Shown here: positions 19,650 to 30,021 of the stretch, piece after piece
Numbering within the stretch: position 1 is the first letter of the stretch
How the letters are laid out: each line of letters begins with the position of its first letter
Origin: an uncultured Nitrospiraceae bacterium
GTDB lineage: Bacteria; Nitrospirota; Nitrospiria; Nitrospirales; Nitrospiraceae
Assembly (NCBI GenBank): GCA_963706325.1
Contig: CAVPLT010000007.1
Span: forward strand, 320,001 to 384,000
DNA length: 64,000 nucleotides
Direction: 5' to 3'
Notes under the pieces: generated by a model
What the model saw: the letters and a program-made list of their open reading frames with translations, nothing else
What the model was told of the DNA's origin: nothing
The model's database searches: none
Made by a program: the position numbers and the translations under genes

Positions 19650-22106
19650 TCACGGGCGGGTCACGTGCACTGCATGCGCCACCGACGGGACCCCCCTGTT
19701 GTCAGTTAAGAAGAGCATGTACCAGCCTGGTGGAGCGATGTTCGGCTCAGCCGTGAGCGTCACCCGTAGCACGCTACCTACGAGAGCAGAGATGGGTAAG
19801 TCCACTAGACGCTGGCCATTGTTGAACGAGTGCGTGGTCACGCCGTTTCGAATGAGGCTGGCCCAGCGGATGCTGCCCGCCTGCGGGGAAGAGATTTCGA
19901 TGGTCTGGCCGTAATGCCATTCCTCCGGGACAGTCGTGATCACGGGCCGAGGACCTTTGAACAGGTACGGTGGGCTGTAGACGTCAAGCCGCATCTCCTC
20001 ATTGAGCGGGTCCTTGCCCCATTCCACATGGTTGCCCTCCGCGGGGTTTCCGCCAGCGACCACAACGCGACCGTCAGGCAATAGTAAAGCCACCGAATGG
20101 TATAAGCGGGGAACCTTGGAAGACGCGACGAGAGTCCAGGTGTCGGTGGCCGGGTCGTAGATCTCGGATTGAAGGGTGGGAGTCAGCCGGCTTTCCCTGG
20201 CAAGGCCCCCGCCGGTGACGAGCACTGTGCGGTCGGGAAGGAGCACCGCGTTAACGTGGGTGCGGGGCAGATTCATGGGCGCTGCTGAGCGGAATTGCGG
20301 TTGAGGATCCTTGAGATCAATAATATCAGCCGCAGCGGTTGCGTCTAGGATGCCCTCATCGCCGACGCCCCCCCCGATAATCATCGCTTTCTGGTCTTGA
20401 GCGGGAGGCAGCAGCACGCTGGCGGACTGTTTTCGGGATCCGGCTTCGCTCAAGCCCTTCAACAAGGTTACCCCCACTGGGTTGTGGGCGATGTCCAGAA
20501 GACACGGCCCAATAGGAACATCCGGGCCCTCGACCAGCCCACCGGTAAACAAAAGCCTGCCATCGGCCATGAGGAACAAGTGAGCGTACAGAGGTAGGCC
20601 TGGAAACTGCGCTGGAAGGTGAAGCATTTGCCAAGTGTCCGTCTGCGGTGAATAGACCTCAATCGTGTCATTGAGGTTGCCGTTCTCGTTCAGACCACTG
20701 ACGGCTATGACTCGACCATCTCCGAGTGTGATCAGCGTGGGGTACCATCGGCCATGAGCCATGTGGTTAGCTCGAGCCCATTTCTGAGTGATTGCGTCAT
20801 ACAGTACGGCGTCCGCGCGGCCGGATACGTGGCCGGGATATGCCAAGGTGCCGCCGGCGGATAACAGCCGCCCGTCGGCAAGGAAGCTGTCACCACCGCA
20901 AAAAAGGTCGAATACTTTTCCGTTGTCGCCTTTAATCGCGACCGGGTGAAAGAAGTTCTCGTCGCCGTTTGTGGGCGTGATCGTTGGGTTCCACACCACA
21001 CTCGTGTAGATCTTCTTGTCGAGACTGCCAAAGTCCGGACTCTCCTGCCGCTTTTTCACGTTGCCCGAGCCGGCGAAGAACATCACGTTCCCAGTGTGCA
21101 GCAGGGCCGCATGCACTGCCAGTACCTCCGAGTCGAACGGAAGATCCGTCCAAGAACCGGTAACAGGCGGATCGGTGCCGAGATCGAGTATCCGATACAG
21201 GCCCGCGTTCTGCCCAATCGGATCGTCGACGAACATGGCGATCAGTCTGTGCCTCCCGGCGGCCTGCATGACCGCAATGCCACCGCCTGCGTTTTCCCAA
21301 GAGAACCATCCAGGCAGCACCGTCCAAAAACCCCAGCCATCTTTCACGTGACCATTCACGTCGAGCTTCTTACCAGTCTTGTAGAATCCCTGATTGAGAC
21401 CGACTGGGTTATCGACCTGGTAGACGACGATGTCCGTAGTCCCCGTTCCAAGGTCAGCGACTGCAATGCTTCCCGCCTGGTTCTCGAAAGAAAACCAGTC
21501 CGGCACCGGCTGCCATTCGCTCCAGCCACCCGTGACGCCTCCAACCGTATCCAACTTGCGGCCAACGCGGAAGTAGCCTTGGTTCTTCCCAGGCGGGTTG
21601 TCGACCATAAAAACGATCAACTCAGGCCGGCCATCACCGTCGAGGTCGGCCACCGCCACGCCTCCGTGCTGGTTCTCGAAAGAAAACCAGTCGGGGATCG
21701 GGGTCCAGGCGCTCCAGCCACCCGTGACAACCCCTGCTCCATCGAGCTTGCGGCCGACGCGGTAGTACCCCTGGTTCTGCCCCGCAGGGCTATCGATCAT
21801 GAAGATGATTAACTCAGGCCGTCCGTCTCCGTCGAGGTCGGCGACCGCCACGCCGGCGCCCTGGTTCTCGAAAGAGAACCAGTCCGGGATCTCCATCCAT
21901 GCGGACCAGCCATCCAGGGCCGTACCATCCGTCGCGATGCCCTTGCCAACTCGGTAGAATCCCCGGTTTTGTCCGGGAGGGTTATCGACCATCAGAGCCA
22001 CGAGATCGCGGGAGCCACCGCCACTGATGTCCGCCAGTGCGACCCCAGCGCCTTGGTTCTCGAAGGAGAACCAGTCGGGAATCATGTTGAATCCATTTGG
22101 CATCAT
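19650..22106 (-). CDS. Copper radical oxidase (AA5, galactose/glyoxal oxidase-like; kelch + DUF1929) with five N-terminal 64-aa repeats
   Basis: All cofactor residues are present: FCGG (Cys), RWYP (Tyr), RLYHS (Tyr, His), TTHS (His), plus C-terminal APPGWYMLF. GAGGAG RBS. No signal peptide. Confidence 0.92.
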   Translation of the reverse strand: MMPNGFNMIPDWFSFENQGAGVALADISGGGSRDLVALMVDNPPGQNRGFYRVGKGIATDGTALDGWSAWMEIPDWFSFENQGAGVAVADLDGDGRPELIIFMIDSPAGQNQGYYRVGRKLDGAGVVTGGWSAWTPIPDWFSFENQHGGVAVADLDGDGRPELIVFMVDNPPGKNQGYFRVGRKLDTVGGVTGGWSEWQPVPDWFSFENQAGSIAVADLGTGTTDIVVYQVDNPVGLNQGFYKTGKKLDVNGHVKDGWGFWTVLPGWFSWENAGGGIAVMQAAGRHRLIAMFVDDPIGQNAGLYRILDLGTDPPVTGSWTDLPFDSEVLAVHAALLHTGNVMFFAGSGNVKKRQESPDFGSLDKKIYTSVVWNPTITPTNGDENFFHPVAIKGDNGKVFDLFCGGDSFLADGRLLSAGGTLAYPGHVSGRADAVLYDAITQKWARANHMAHGRWYPTLITLGDGRVIAVSGLNENGNLNDTIEVYSPQTDTWQMLHLPAQFPGLPLYAHLFLMADGRLLFTGGLVEGPDVPIGPCLLDIAHNPVGVTLLKGLSEAGSRKQSASVLLPPAQDQKAMIIGGGVGDEGILDATAAADIIDLKDPQPQFRSAAPMNLPRTHVNAVLLPDRTVLVTGGGLARESRLTPTLQSEIYDPATDTWTLVASSKVPRLYHSVALLLPDGRVVVAGGNPAEGNHVEWGKDPLNEEMRLDVYSPPYLFKGPRPVITTVPEEWHYGQTIEISSPQAGSIRWASLIRNGVTTHSFNNGQRLVDLPISALVGSVLRVTLTAEPNIAPPGWYMLFLTDNRGVPSVAHAVHVTRP
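21173..22082 (-). repeat. Five tandem intragenic repeats of about 64 aa (FG-GAP/Ca-blade-like)
   Basis: Consensus (I/V)PDWFSFENQxxGVAVADLDGDGRPELIxFMxDNPxGxNQGYYRVGRKLD...GGWSxW, 192-bp period. Confidence 0.9.
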
Positions 22107-22508
22107 CAATCTCCTCTATGGAGTGGTGAATCCTATTCGGATAGGCTTCAAGGATTCCTCAAAGCTACGCTATGAGGTTCATAGAAATAGTCGTGACGTC
22201 TCCTCGACACACCACTGATATGTGGGCATGAGCGCTGGCCCTACCGCGCGTCAGGTTTCTAGAAGAGTCGTACGTTGGGACCGACGGCCTGCGATTCCAG
22301 TCCTGCTCGTTACTGAATATCGACAGGCCTCCGATCCTTACGTCATTGACGTAACAGAGCGCGACTTAAGTACTGCTGGAAATGGTTCGTAACCAAGTGT
22401 CGGCCTAGTAAGTACTTTCTGCCGTCTTAGGAAGACTGGGAGCATGACATTCTCCGCAGACGCGGTACTTGGGAGTTACTACATTTTTATCGACAAGCGG
22501 TTGGTCTC

Positions 22509-24104
22509 TCACCTGCCAAGCGCAAAGTTCACAAATTCTTTCAGGCCAAATAGTTCGCCATCACCGATCGTGGGCTTCCAATTCGGGTCTTGATTAAAGA
22601 ACGATTGACTATCATAGGTCAGAAGTCCGGCAAAGGTCTCGGCGACAATGCGACCGCCAACTGGACCCAAGAGTTTCGATTTCACACCCGCTAGCCCTGT
22701 GACGGTTTGGTTTTCGGTTTCGGCCAGACAATAGGCCCATAATGGACAGTTGCCCTTGAACGCAGGGCTTATGTTCTCGATGGGCTGGACTTCAGGATCG
22801 TCCTGAAATTTGCCAACGTGTATTGGTTCTATGACAGGCTGGCCCATTGCTTTGGCGACAGATTGTCCCGAAGGAAGTCTGAGTCTCCATCCGCGGACCA
22901 GGTTTCTTTCAGCCAAAGAAGGGATGATTAGATCGGCCACATCGGGCGGGAGAGCACCCAGCGGGAACACGATTGAAGTATCGATGCGATAGGCCATTTG
23001 CAGCCGCCGCTTGTTTTCTTCTAGCTGTTGAGCAGAAGGATCCTTGCCGTTGGGCAACTTGGCACTGCCGTCCAGCGTGACTCCATTAGGCCGCGGTTCG
23101 ATATCGATGAAGCGAGCCCAATCCAATGCCCAATCGCTGGCCGGAGCCATGAAACCTCGCAGACTCTTGGGCCGATCGGGCGGACCTTCTTGCCCGAAAA
23201 TGGGCAAGAGCGTATTTCCGTCATTGAGACGATAGCCTGGCCGTACCATGGAGTGGCCGAAGCGATAAGCGGCCACGGAGAACTCGAATGGCATAAAGGC
23301 TTCGTCTCGAGCGTGATAAAACCTCAGTGCAGGCGGGTTTACCGCGATCGATGAATTGGCCCCCAGGTGAGGGAACACCTCGTGCAGAGTCTTCTTATTG
23401 ATAAGTTTCACCAGGAAATCGTTGATGAGCATCCACTGGTAGTGATAGCGGAGCGTGCGTTGCGCATCGGTAAAGTTAAGTTTCTTGTCGTCGACGAGGC
23501 GGTTATGAAACTGCAGAAACAAACCTTGCAGCTGACTGACGAGCACGTTTTCGTCGTTTCGTGGGTCGCCGATGATTGCGCGCGCCGACTGCTTAGGTGC
23601 TGCATTGCGGGCCAAGTCTTTGGCTTTGGGATTCAGGGGACCACCACCGGTGAGAGGATTGCCGAGAAGGAACTTAGCCTTTCCCGAGCCACTAGAGAAG
23701 TCATAAAGATATGGTTGGTCGTCGGGGCCGCGACCGTAAACATTGTCGAGATCGAATTTCGGCGTTCGGTAATCGACTAAACCGTCCGGGTCATTTTGTT
23801 GCTGGAGACTACTCGAAGGGTCGAAGGTGATGTCGTGATCGACAAACTGGCCCAGATATGTGTAGAGAGCAGGAATACCGCTTTCCTCTGCATCAGGGCC
23901 ATCCTTCGGCTTGTCGTCTGTGGCGACCATAGCTTTGCCGAGCAGTTTGAGATTTGCCTGGGTCTCTGAGTCGGTACCGCCAAATTCCGCGGGGGGCAAT
24001 GCTCGGAACAATCGTCCAAAGGCACCACCGAAGAGCAGGGAACTGCGTGATAGGTTTAAGCCACGTACGCCTCGACCGTGAGGGGTAGAATTTCTTAAGT
24101 TCAT
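22509..24104 (-). CDS. Heme peroxidase (peroxidase-cyclooxygenase / animal-type, bacterial subfamily)
   Basis: Distal GQFVDHD, GDPRNDEN, proximal YRFGHSMVR, LGPVGGRIVAE. AAGGAGG RBS before ATG 24104. No signal peptide. Confidence 0.92.
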   Translation of the reverse strand: MNLRNSTPHGRGVRGLNLSRSSLLFGGAFGRLFRALPPAEFGGTDSETQANLKLLGKAMVATDDKPKDGPDAEESGIPALYTYLGQFVDHDITFDPSSSLQQQNDPDGLVDYRTPKFDLDNVYGRGPDDQPYLYDFSSGSGKAKFLLGNPLTGGGPLNPKAKDLARNAAPKQSARAIIGDPRNDENVLVSQLQGLFLQFHNRLVDDKKLNFTDAQRTLRYHYQWMLINDFLVKLINKKTLHEVFPHLGANSSIAVNPPALRFYHARDEAFMPFEFSVAAYRFGHSMVRPGYRLNDGNTLLPIFGQEGPPDRPKSLRGFMAPASDWALDWARFIDIEPRPNGVTLDGSAKLPNGKDPSAQQLEENKRRLQMAYRIDTSIVFPLGALPPDVADLIIPSLAERNLVRGWRLRLPSGQSVAKAMGQPVIEPIHVGKFQDDPEVQPIENISPAFKGNCPLWAYCLAETENQTVTGLAGVKSKLLGPVGGRIVAETFAGLLTYDSQSFFNQDPNWKPTIGDGELFGLKEFVNFALGR

Positions 24105-25225
24105 GAGTGCCTCCTTATGCATGAGTGCCCCGTGAAATTATTATTCAGTCCCGAAATCGTGATACAACGAGCCCTCCAGAAGCTAGAGTGTTGTACTCGT
24201 AGTTGAAGACGAGAAACCGAAAGACATGAGTATGTTCCTCTGTCGTTTCCAAGACACTTTTCCGAAATAAGACCTGCATAACGGAGGACCAGCATAGAGA
24301 GAATGGTTGAAAATGGATACTTGAATTCAGCAGGTAGAGAGATCTCGCTAGAAACTAGAGCAAAGGGCATGCGCAACATTTATTCGCTTAAACGGTGAAA
24401 CAGAGAGGGTGGAAATGAAAACAGTATCCGATCTGATACTGCCGTTATCGTTCTTGATACAGTGATCACCTGTTGAAAATTGTGAGACATCGACCCACCT
24501 CTCGGCCATCCATTTCTCTGCAACCTTGTGTCTTCTGTGTTCTTGATGAGAACACACGTTCCTCCATCCGTTTATGTCCGCATCTGACACACGTGACTTT
24601 TGGGGTTGAAGATGAGGCTTGAGAAGCGCTAGATGAAAGAGCGATCTCTCAGGGTGCGACCTGCCGGCTAAACCGTACTGCCGATTTTGCGCAACATCCT
24701 CAATGTAGGAATTCCCCTTTGGGAGTCACACTGCATAGCCGGTGGTGGCCACGCACACGAAAGGAGTCATTGCGCGATGACAAATGTGCCTTTGACGGAT
24801 GGTGGACGAGAAGTGTAATAGCGGCGGTGTTGTGGGCGTCGATCTTCACGGCTGGATGTGTGCGTTAGCCGAGCGGAATCGCGCCGTCCACGAAACCGCG
24901 CGCATCCGGTGGATATACTGAACTGGGCCAGGTGCGCGGGCAAGATTGCGTCTATCATGTCCTCGGCCTCATCCCGATTACCGGCGGAAATGAGACTCGA
25001 ACGCAATCGCCGATGCGTTGCATACGAGGATTCTCGCGGATGCACCTGTGGAAGTCACAGTGATGGATAATAACAATATTTTGTTTTCTCTTGCGGGCCT
25101 GCACGCAGGTGTACAGTATAGCCGTAAAAAGCAAGTAAACCGGTAGAGTGGACAGGCTTATCCGAAGCTACGCGATCAGCTGGAGAGCACAACAGCGGCT
25201 GGAAATAGATGCTTACAATAACTTT

Positions 25226-25252
25226 CGGGGGCGGGAATATGCCCCGCCCCCG
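25226..25252. terminator. GC-rich hairpin downstream of the 25279-25599 gene
   Basis: CGGGGGCGGG-N7-CCCGCCCCCG. Confidence 0.45.
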
Positions 25253-25278
25253 CAATGCGCTAGTTCCTCGTCGCCCGA

Positions 25279-25599
25279 TTATTTTTCTTTGCGCTGCAAT
25301 GTGGTCACATGACCTTGCTCGGTGACGTAGGCCTTGACCAAATCACCCTCTACAACTTTGTCGAGCTTCGTGCTCTTGTCGACGTGCACCCTATGCTGCA
25401 CTCCATCGTCGTCTTTTATCGTATAGTATTCGCCGTCTTGTTTTACCAGGGTCCCGGTGACCGCGTCTTTCGTCAGGCGTTCTTTGATCGAAGGACTCGC
25501 TTCTTTATCCTTCATCGGATCAGCGGCAAGCACCGGGCTGATGCTCAACCCCGATGCAATCAGTACCGCAAACAAACCCGTAATCATCTTCGTCTTCAT
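25279..25599 (-). CDS. Small secreted beta-barrel/OB-fold-like protein
   Basis: Signal peptide, AVTGTLVKQDGEYYTIKDDDG...VHVDKSTKLDKVVEGDLVKAYV. GGGAGG RBS. Confidence 0.75.
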   Translation of the reverse strand: MKTKMITGLFAVLIASGLSISPVLAADPMKDKEASPSIKERLTKDAVTGTLVKQDGEYYTIKDDDGVQHRVHVDKSTKLDKVVEGDLVKAYVTEQGHVTTLQRKEK

Positions 25600-25907
25600 A
25601 AAGTCCTCCCTGTGATGTAGTCATGATCCGTTGTATATCGGCATCCAAGCCGAGCATACGTGACCCAGTCGCTCGTCGATACTGGGGATAGCCCTCACTT
25701 GCAACGAGAAGAAGGACGAGGCGCAGGAACCTTGTAGGGTCTTGCTACAGCAATCCTAGGGAAACTCCCAGGTGGTCTCTGCGCGTATCTATGAGAAATG
25801 TCTATGGTGCGATCTAAGTGCACGATGTAATGCCTGGAATCCAGCGCTCCCATTTCACTCCATCAGCGCCCGCTAGAGAGTTTCTAAAAAGAACGGAGAA
25901 GTATTCA

Positions 25908-26654
25908 ATGACGAAGGCTCGGCTGACGAAAGAACAATCCGCGATACCACGGTCCAGGACGGCTCTTCTGCAGAAGGCGGTTAAAACATTGGCCATCGAC
26001 ATCGGAGCAACCCGTATCAAGGCATCGACGCTGAATGAGCTGGGAGAAATCGTCACCAAGCGCGTGTTTACAGACACCCCACGCTCCGGTATGCCGGGCG
26101 CCGTGATGGATATCATTGCCAAACTAGCAGAGGAACAGCCCGAGTACGATCGTATCTCGGTGGGTTTTCCCGGCATTGTTCAAAACGGTGTGGTGCAAGC
26201 GGCGCCGAATTTGGCACCGGAGTGGAAGCACTTCAACATCGGCAAAATTCTGGCAGCGAGATTAAGGAAACCTGTTCGGGCTGCCAACGATGCGGACGTC
26301 CAAGGTTTTGGCGCCATTTCAGGGGTTGGTGTGGAACTGGTTCTCACACTCGGCACCGGAGTGGGGTCGGCGCTCTTTCTCAATGGCCACTTGATTCCGA
26401 ATGTGGAAGTGGGCAAGGACAAATTGAGTAATGCGGAATTGAAGAGAGTCGGCAAGAAGAAATGGAATAGGCGCCTGGTAAAACTCATCCAAAAGCTGGA
26501 AGCGATGTTTTATTACGACCGCCTCTATATTGGAGGTGGTAATTCAAAGTCTGTCTCTATCCCCGACATTCCGGCGAACGTCACGATCGTCTCCAATCTC
26601 AATGGGATGGTGGGAGGAGTTGCTCTCTGGCGCGAATTACCGCGTCCTGAATGA
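25908..26654 (+). CDS. ROK-family kinase, polyphosphate glucokinase-like (copy 2)
   Basis: [50 protein letters not shown]. Confidence 0.88.
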   Translation: MTKARLTKEQSAIPRSRTALLQKAVKTLAIDIGATRIKASTLNELGEIVTKRVFTDTPRSGMPGAVMDIIAKLAEEQPEYDRISVGFPGIVQNGVVQAAPNLAPEWKHFNIGKILAARLRKPVRAANDADVQGFGAISGVGVELVLTLGTGVGSALFLNGHLIPNVEVGKDKLSNAELKRVGKKKWNRRLVKLIQKLEAMFYYDRLYIGGGNSKSVSIPDIPANVTIVSNLNGMVGGVALWRELPRPE

Positions 26655-26685
26655 CGAACGTACAGCTGTTAGAACGGAGGTGTCT

Positions 26686-26865
26686 ATGTTCCTTAAATGG
26701 GCCGCCATATTCTTTGTGATCGCTATGGTCGCGGCGGCATTTGGATTTACGGGGATCGCCGAGGGAGCCACGGAAGTTGCCAAGATTCTTTTCTATATCT
26801 TCCTCGCCATCTGTTTCACGTTCCTAGTGGCAGGTCTCGTCGTGGCGCGGAAGCTGACTTCCTGA
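26686..26865 (+). CDS. DUF1328 (YtjA/UPF0391) small membrane protein
   Basis: [48 protein letters not shown]. Confidence 0.92.
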   Translation: MFLKWAAIFFVIAMVAAAFGFTGIAEGATEVAKILFYIFLAICFTFLVAGLVVARKLTS

Positions 26866-27624
26866 GTACGGACAGAAAGTCGCACGATGAATGTTGTCGG
26901 CGAGAGGCACATATCCTGAAAAGCGGTGGGCCTGTGCTCATAGTCGAATGATGGAGGGAATATAGAGCTGCCCTGCCGGAATTTTTTGTGCGCCCTTTAT
27001 GCGCCCAATGGGGGTGAGATATTTCGGTCCAATACTCCTCGGGGCCAATTTGATAGACAATCAGATCCACCGGTTTCTGGATGTGCGAGCCCGCCCCATC
27101 AGCATAGACGCGAAGCATATCCTCCTCACGCTCGCAAGGCGTCGACTTCCCCCTCTGGCGGGTCGCCGTCGCGACGGAACTTCAGCGCATTGATACGTAA
27201 ATTGTAGATGCAGTGGGTAGCCTAGGTTCGGTTGACTCGCAACCGGGGAAGGCCTTGGAACAGGGGTAGATCGCGCTCGTTTCTCGAACCGTGTCCTTCA
27301 GTCTCTGCAGGGCATCACGCACGATGCTTTGAGCGTCCACATGCTCGGCAGGAAGTTCGATGTGCTGCACAGGTGACCGCGCATGGATTGCCGCCATTCG
27401 TTGCTGCATCCGTGAGGTGCATGGGTCGTCCGCCTCGATGGTTCATATGCACCGCTGGTGGTGCGCTTCCACCAAGGGGAATCCCTCACCCGTACACGCG
27501 TATCTTCCATCAAAGTCCAACCTACTGATTTACTATTGCTTCTGCCATCAGGCCGAGCGGCGTCGTCTTTGCACTATGGAGAGCTCGGCGCATGCACACA
27601 GACGTCGGCACGGAGGAGGGGCCC

Positions 27625-28065
27625 ATGGGAATGATCTGGCCGTTTGGATTGAGTACAGGGGACAAGGTCTGTCTGGGGCGCGTGCTAGTGGTGGACGATG
27701 AGGAACCGATTCGAGGGTTGCTGCGTACCATGCTGACGCAGGCAGGCTACGATGTGGAGGAAGCCGAGGATGGGGGGAAGGCAGTCGACATCTTAAACAG
27801 CGGCGACAATCCACTGATGGTGGATGCCATTATTTGCGATATTCGAATGCCTCGCATCAATGGTCTGGAAGCGATTACGTACTTTCGTGACCAGTACCCG
27901 TCTTTGCCGGTGATCGTCTTGACCGGGTATCACGATGAGCAGTTGGCCTTGTCGCTGCTTAAACAGGGCGTCGTGGAACATATTGAGAAGCCGGCCGAGC
28001 GGGAACGCATTCTCGCGTCCGTCGCGCGAGCCATCGCCCAACGCCGGTTCAGCTTCTATCCATGA
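27625..28065 (+). CDS. Single-domain response regulator (receiver)
   Basis: VLVVDDE, ICDIRMPRING, VIVLTG, IEKP. GGAGGAGG RBS before ATG 27625. Confidence 0.92.
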   Translation: MGMIWPFGLSTGDKVCLGRVLVVDDEEPIRGLLRTMLTQAGYDVEEAEDGGKAVDILNSGDNPLMVDAIICDIRMPRINGLEAITYFRDQYPSLPVIVLTGYHDEQLALSLLKQGVVEHIEKPAERERILASVARAIAQRRFSFYP

Positions 28066-28235
28066 TGCGTCCATGTGAGAGCTTCGTTATCGGCGGATAT
28101 GCCAGACTGAGACTGTGACCCGCCGTCAGCGTTCATGCCGCAACGTGTTCTTCAAGGGCTCGCGTTTGATTTTCCATCAACAGCTTCATAGAATCCTCCG
28201 GTTAGCAGCGCATCACTTGAGGAGGAGCCATAGTT

Positions 28236-28904
28236 ATGTGTGACACCCTTGCCCGTTTGATTCACGTCGCGTCGTTTCGCGCGATCGTTGCCCTCAGCTT
28301 GGCCCTGCTGCTGACCAGTATGCTCCCAGCTTCGCTTCAGGCGGCACGAGGCGGAGGGGGCAAGACCGAGGTGCTGCCGGTGCAAAAAGCCGCTCCCGCT
28401 GCGGTGTTTATCGAGACCCCTGGCACCGAGGCGGATTTGCGACGTCAACTGCGGGCTAAAAATGCAGTGGCCGAACTCGGCACAGCAACCCCCAAAGTCT
28501 TGTTCTCTCAAGCCCCAACCGGTGCGTATGGATTCATCCCGCCTAAGTTACTCGGTTTGGCCTTGGTGACACAGAGTCCAGACCTTGGAATAGAACGCAT
28601 CGCCTCTGCCGCGAACGCCTATGAGATTCATAAGCTTGCCGATGGGAGCGGAATGCTGGTGGGATTTGTAGCACTCGATCTCATGCCTAAAGTGACGCCC
28701 AGCCAACGTCCCAAGAACATCCGTCTGGCGCTTCATTCGAACCCGTCAGACAAGGCCACCCATATTGTTGCGGTGCCGCTGGTCAAATTGGTGGCTGACC
28801 GGATGCCGATTCGGCTCGATCCGAATAATCCTGAGGGCCCCGTCATATTAGACATGGATCTCCAAGGGAGCACGACTCGCGCATCGACGCAGGGGGGCCA
28901 ATAA
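28236..28904 (+). CDS. Hypothetical secreted protein
   Basis: GAGGAG RBS, signal-like hydrophobic segment, 222 aa. Confidence 0.7.
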   Translation: MCDTLARLIHVASFRAIVALSLALLLTSMLPASLQAARGGGGKTEVLPVQKAAPAAVFIETPGTEADLRRQLRAKNAVAELGTATPKVLFSQAPTGAYGFIPPKLLGLALVTQSPDLGIERIASAANAYEIHKLADGSGMLVGFVALDLMPKVTPSQRPKNIRLALHSNPSDKATHIVAVPLVKLVADRMPIRLDPNNPEGPVILDMDLQGSTTRASTQGGQ

Positions 28905-28944
28905 TCGCCTTGGCAATGGTCGAGTCCAACCCGGTGCGAAGCGA

Positions 28945-29283
28945 CTACTCTACGACCTTGATCGTCACGCTATCGGTGGCCGTGCCTGCGTCTTTGTGGT
29001 CAGGATCGGCAATCTTGACCGTGATGGTGTGCTCGCCCTTTGGAACGTGGGCAAATTTCCCCTGAAACCCCTTTTGGTAGACGCCATCCAAATATACGTG
29101 CGCTTGATTGCCCTTGGGGCCATTCAAGATTTCGTATGAGATATCGAACGTGTCTCCCACGGTGTCGCCGTTGTGAGGAGAGAGAATGCTGATGCTGGTC
29201 ATCCCATCCATGGCACGTCCTACACCCCCTCCCATGCTTGCATCCATGATCAGGATACAGGCACTTAGGAACACACGAGTCAT
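28945..29283 (-). CDS. Small secreted Ig-like protein
   Basis: ISILSPHNGDTV...AHVYLDG...GEHTITVK...DSVTIKV pattern. Starts 9 bp after the MOSC stop. Confidence 0.7.
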   Translation of the reverse strand: MTRVFLSACILIMDASMGGGVGRAMDGMTSISILSPHNGDTVGDTFDISYEILNGPKGNQAHVYLDGVYQKGFQGKFAHVPKGEHTITVKIADPDHKDAGTATDSVTIKVVE

Positions 29284-29292
29284 GGAAGCCTC

Positions 29293-30021
29293 CTATGACG
29301 AATGATGAGTGGAAGGGATATCCTGAAACAGCCGTCGTTGTGGATTCGGTTCCGTCTTCATCAGTACCCGTTGTCGCAAGGTCTGTTGCCAACTTGCGGA
29401 AAGGAGTCCGCACTGGCTCAAACATTCAGCAGCGGCTCGGTCGTTCCGATCATGGTGCATGATTCTATTGGCGGCTGCGACCGTCCATTCCGGGCAAGGT
29501 CGATCGAGGAGTTGTAGCGATTGATACGCCTCGACCCGTCCCTCCTGCAGCACCCGGAAGTACCAGCCCGTGAAGCCGGTCCGCTCCGCCTGAACCGCCA
29601 AATCCTTGATATGCCAACGGCGTGCCAGCTTCCAACAGGGCTGCCGCGGCTGTGATACTTGTACGAGTGCCGTGCCGATTTCGAAGACATCGCCGATGCA
29701 GACATCCGCCTCAGTCAGCTGCTCCACCGTAAAATTTTCGCCGAATGCGCCACCCCGAAGCTGGTTCGGTGGCAAGATCGCTTGCCAATAAGGCCAATGG
29801 TCAGCCGAATAGACGCAGACTGCTTTGTCGATCCCTCCATGGTGGACAAGGTCTGCCTGACCGTCTCCTTGCAGGTTCGTCCGCCCGAGCCACAGGGGCC
29901 CGCTCACCGGCAATTTGAAGATTCCAGTCCTCCATGGGGGAGTTGTCGGATCGGCGGCATCGTCACCGTTCCCTGACTGAGGAAAGCCGACTTGAATGGA
30001 CTGTATACGACCGGTCGTCAT
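29293..30021 (-). CDS. MOSC-domain protein (YiiM-like) with 3-alpha tail
   Basis: TGIFKLP, GDGQAD...HGGIDKAVCVY, FGENF, QPRQPCWKL, TGWYFRVLQEG. Confidence 0.93.
   Translation of the reverse strand: MTTGRIQSIQVGFPQSGNGDDAADPTTPPWRTGIFKLPVSGPLWLGRTNLQGDGQADLVHHGGIDKAVCVYSADHWPYWQAILPPNQLRGGAFGENFTVEQLTEADVCIGDVFEIGTALVQVSQPRQPCWKLARRWHIKDLAVQAERTGFTGWYFRVLQEGRVEAYQSLQLLDRPCPEWTVAAANRIMHHDRNDRAAAECLSQCGLLSASWQQTLRQRVLMKTEPNPQRRLFQDIPSTHHSS

Noticed and set aside
21173..22082. 192-bp periodic DNA repeats as a non-coding array or DGR
   Set aside because: They are in-frame protein repeats with synonymous divergence, and no reverse transcriptase is nearby.
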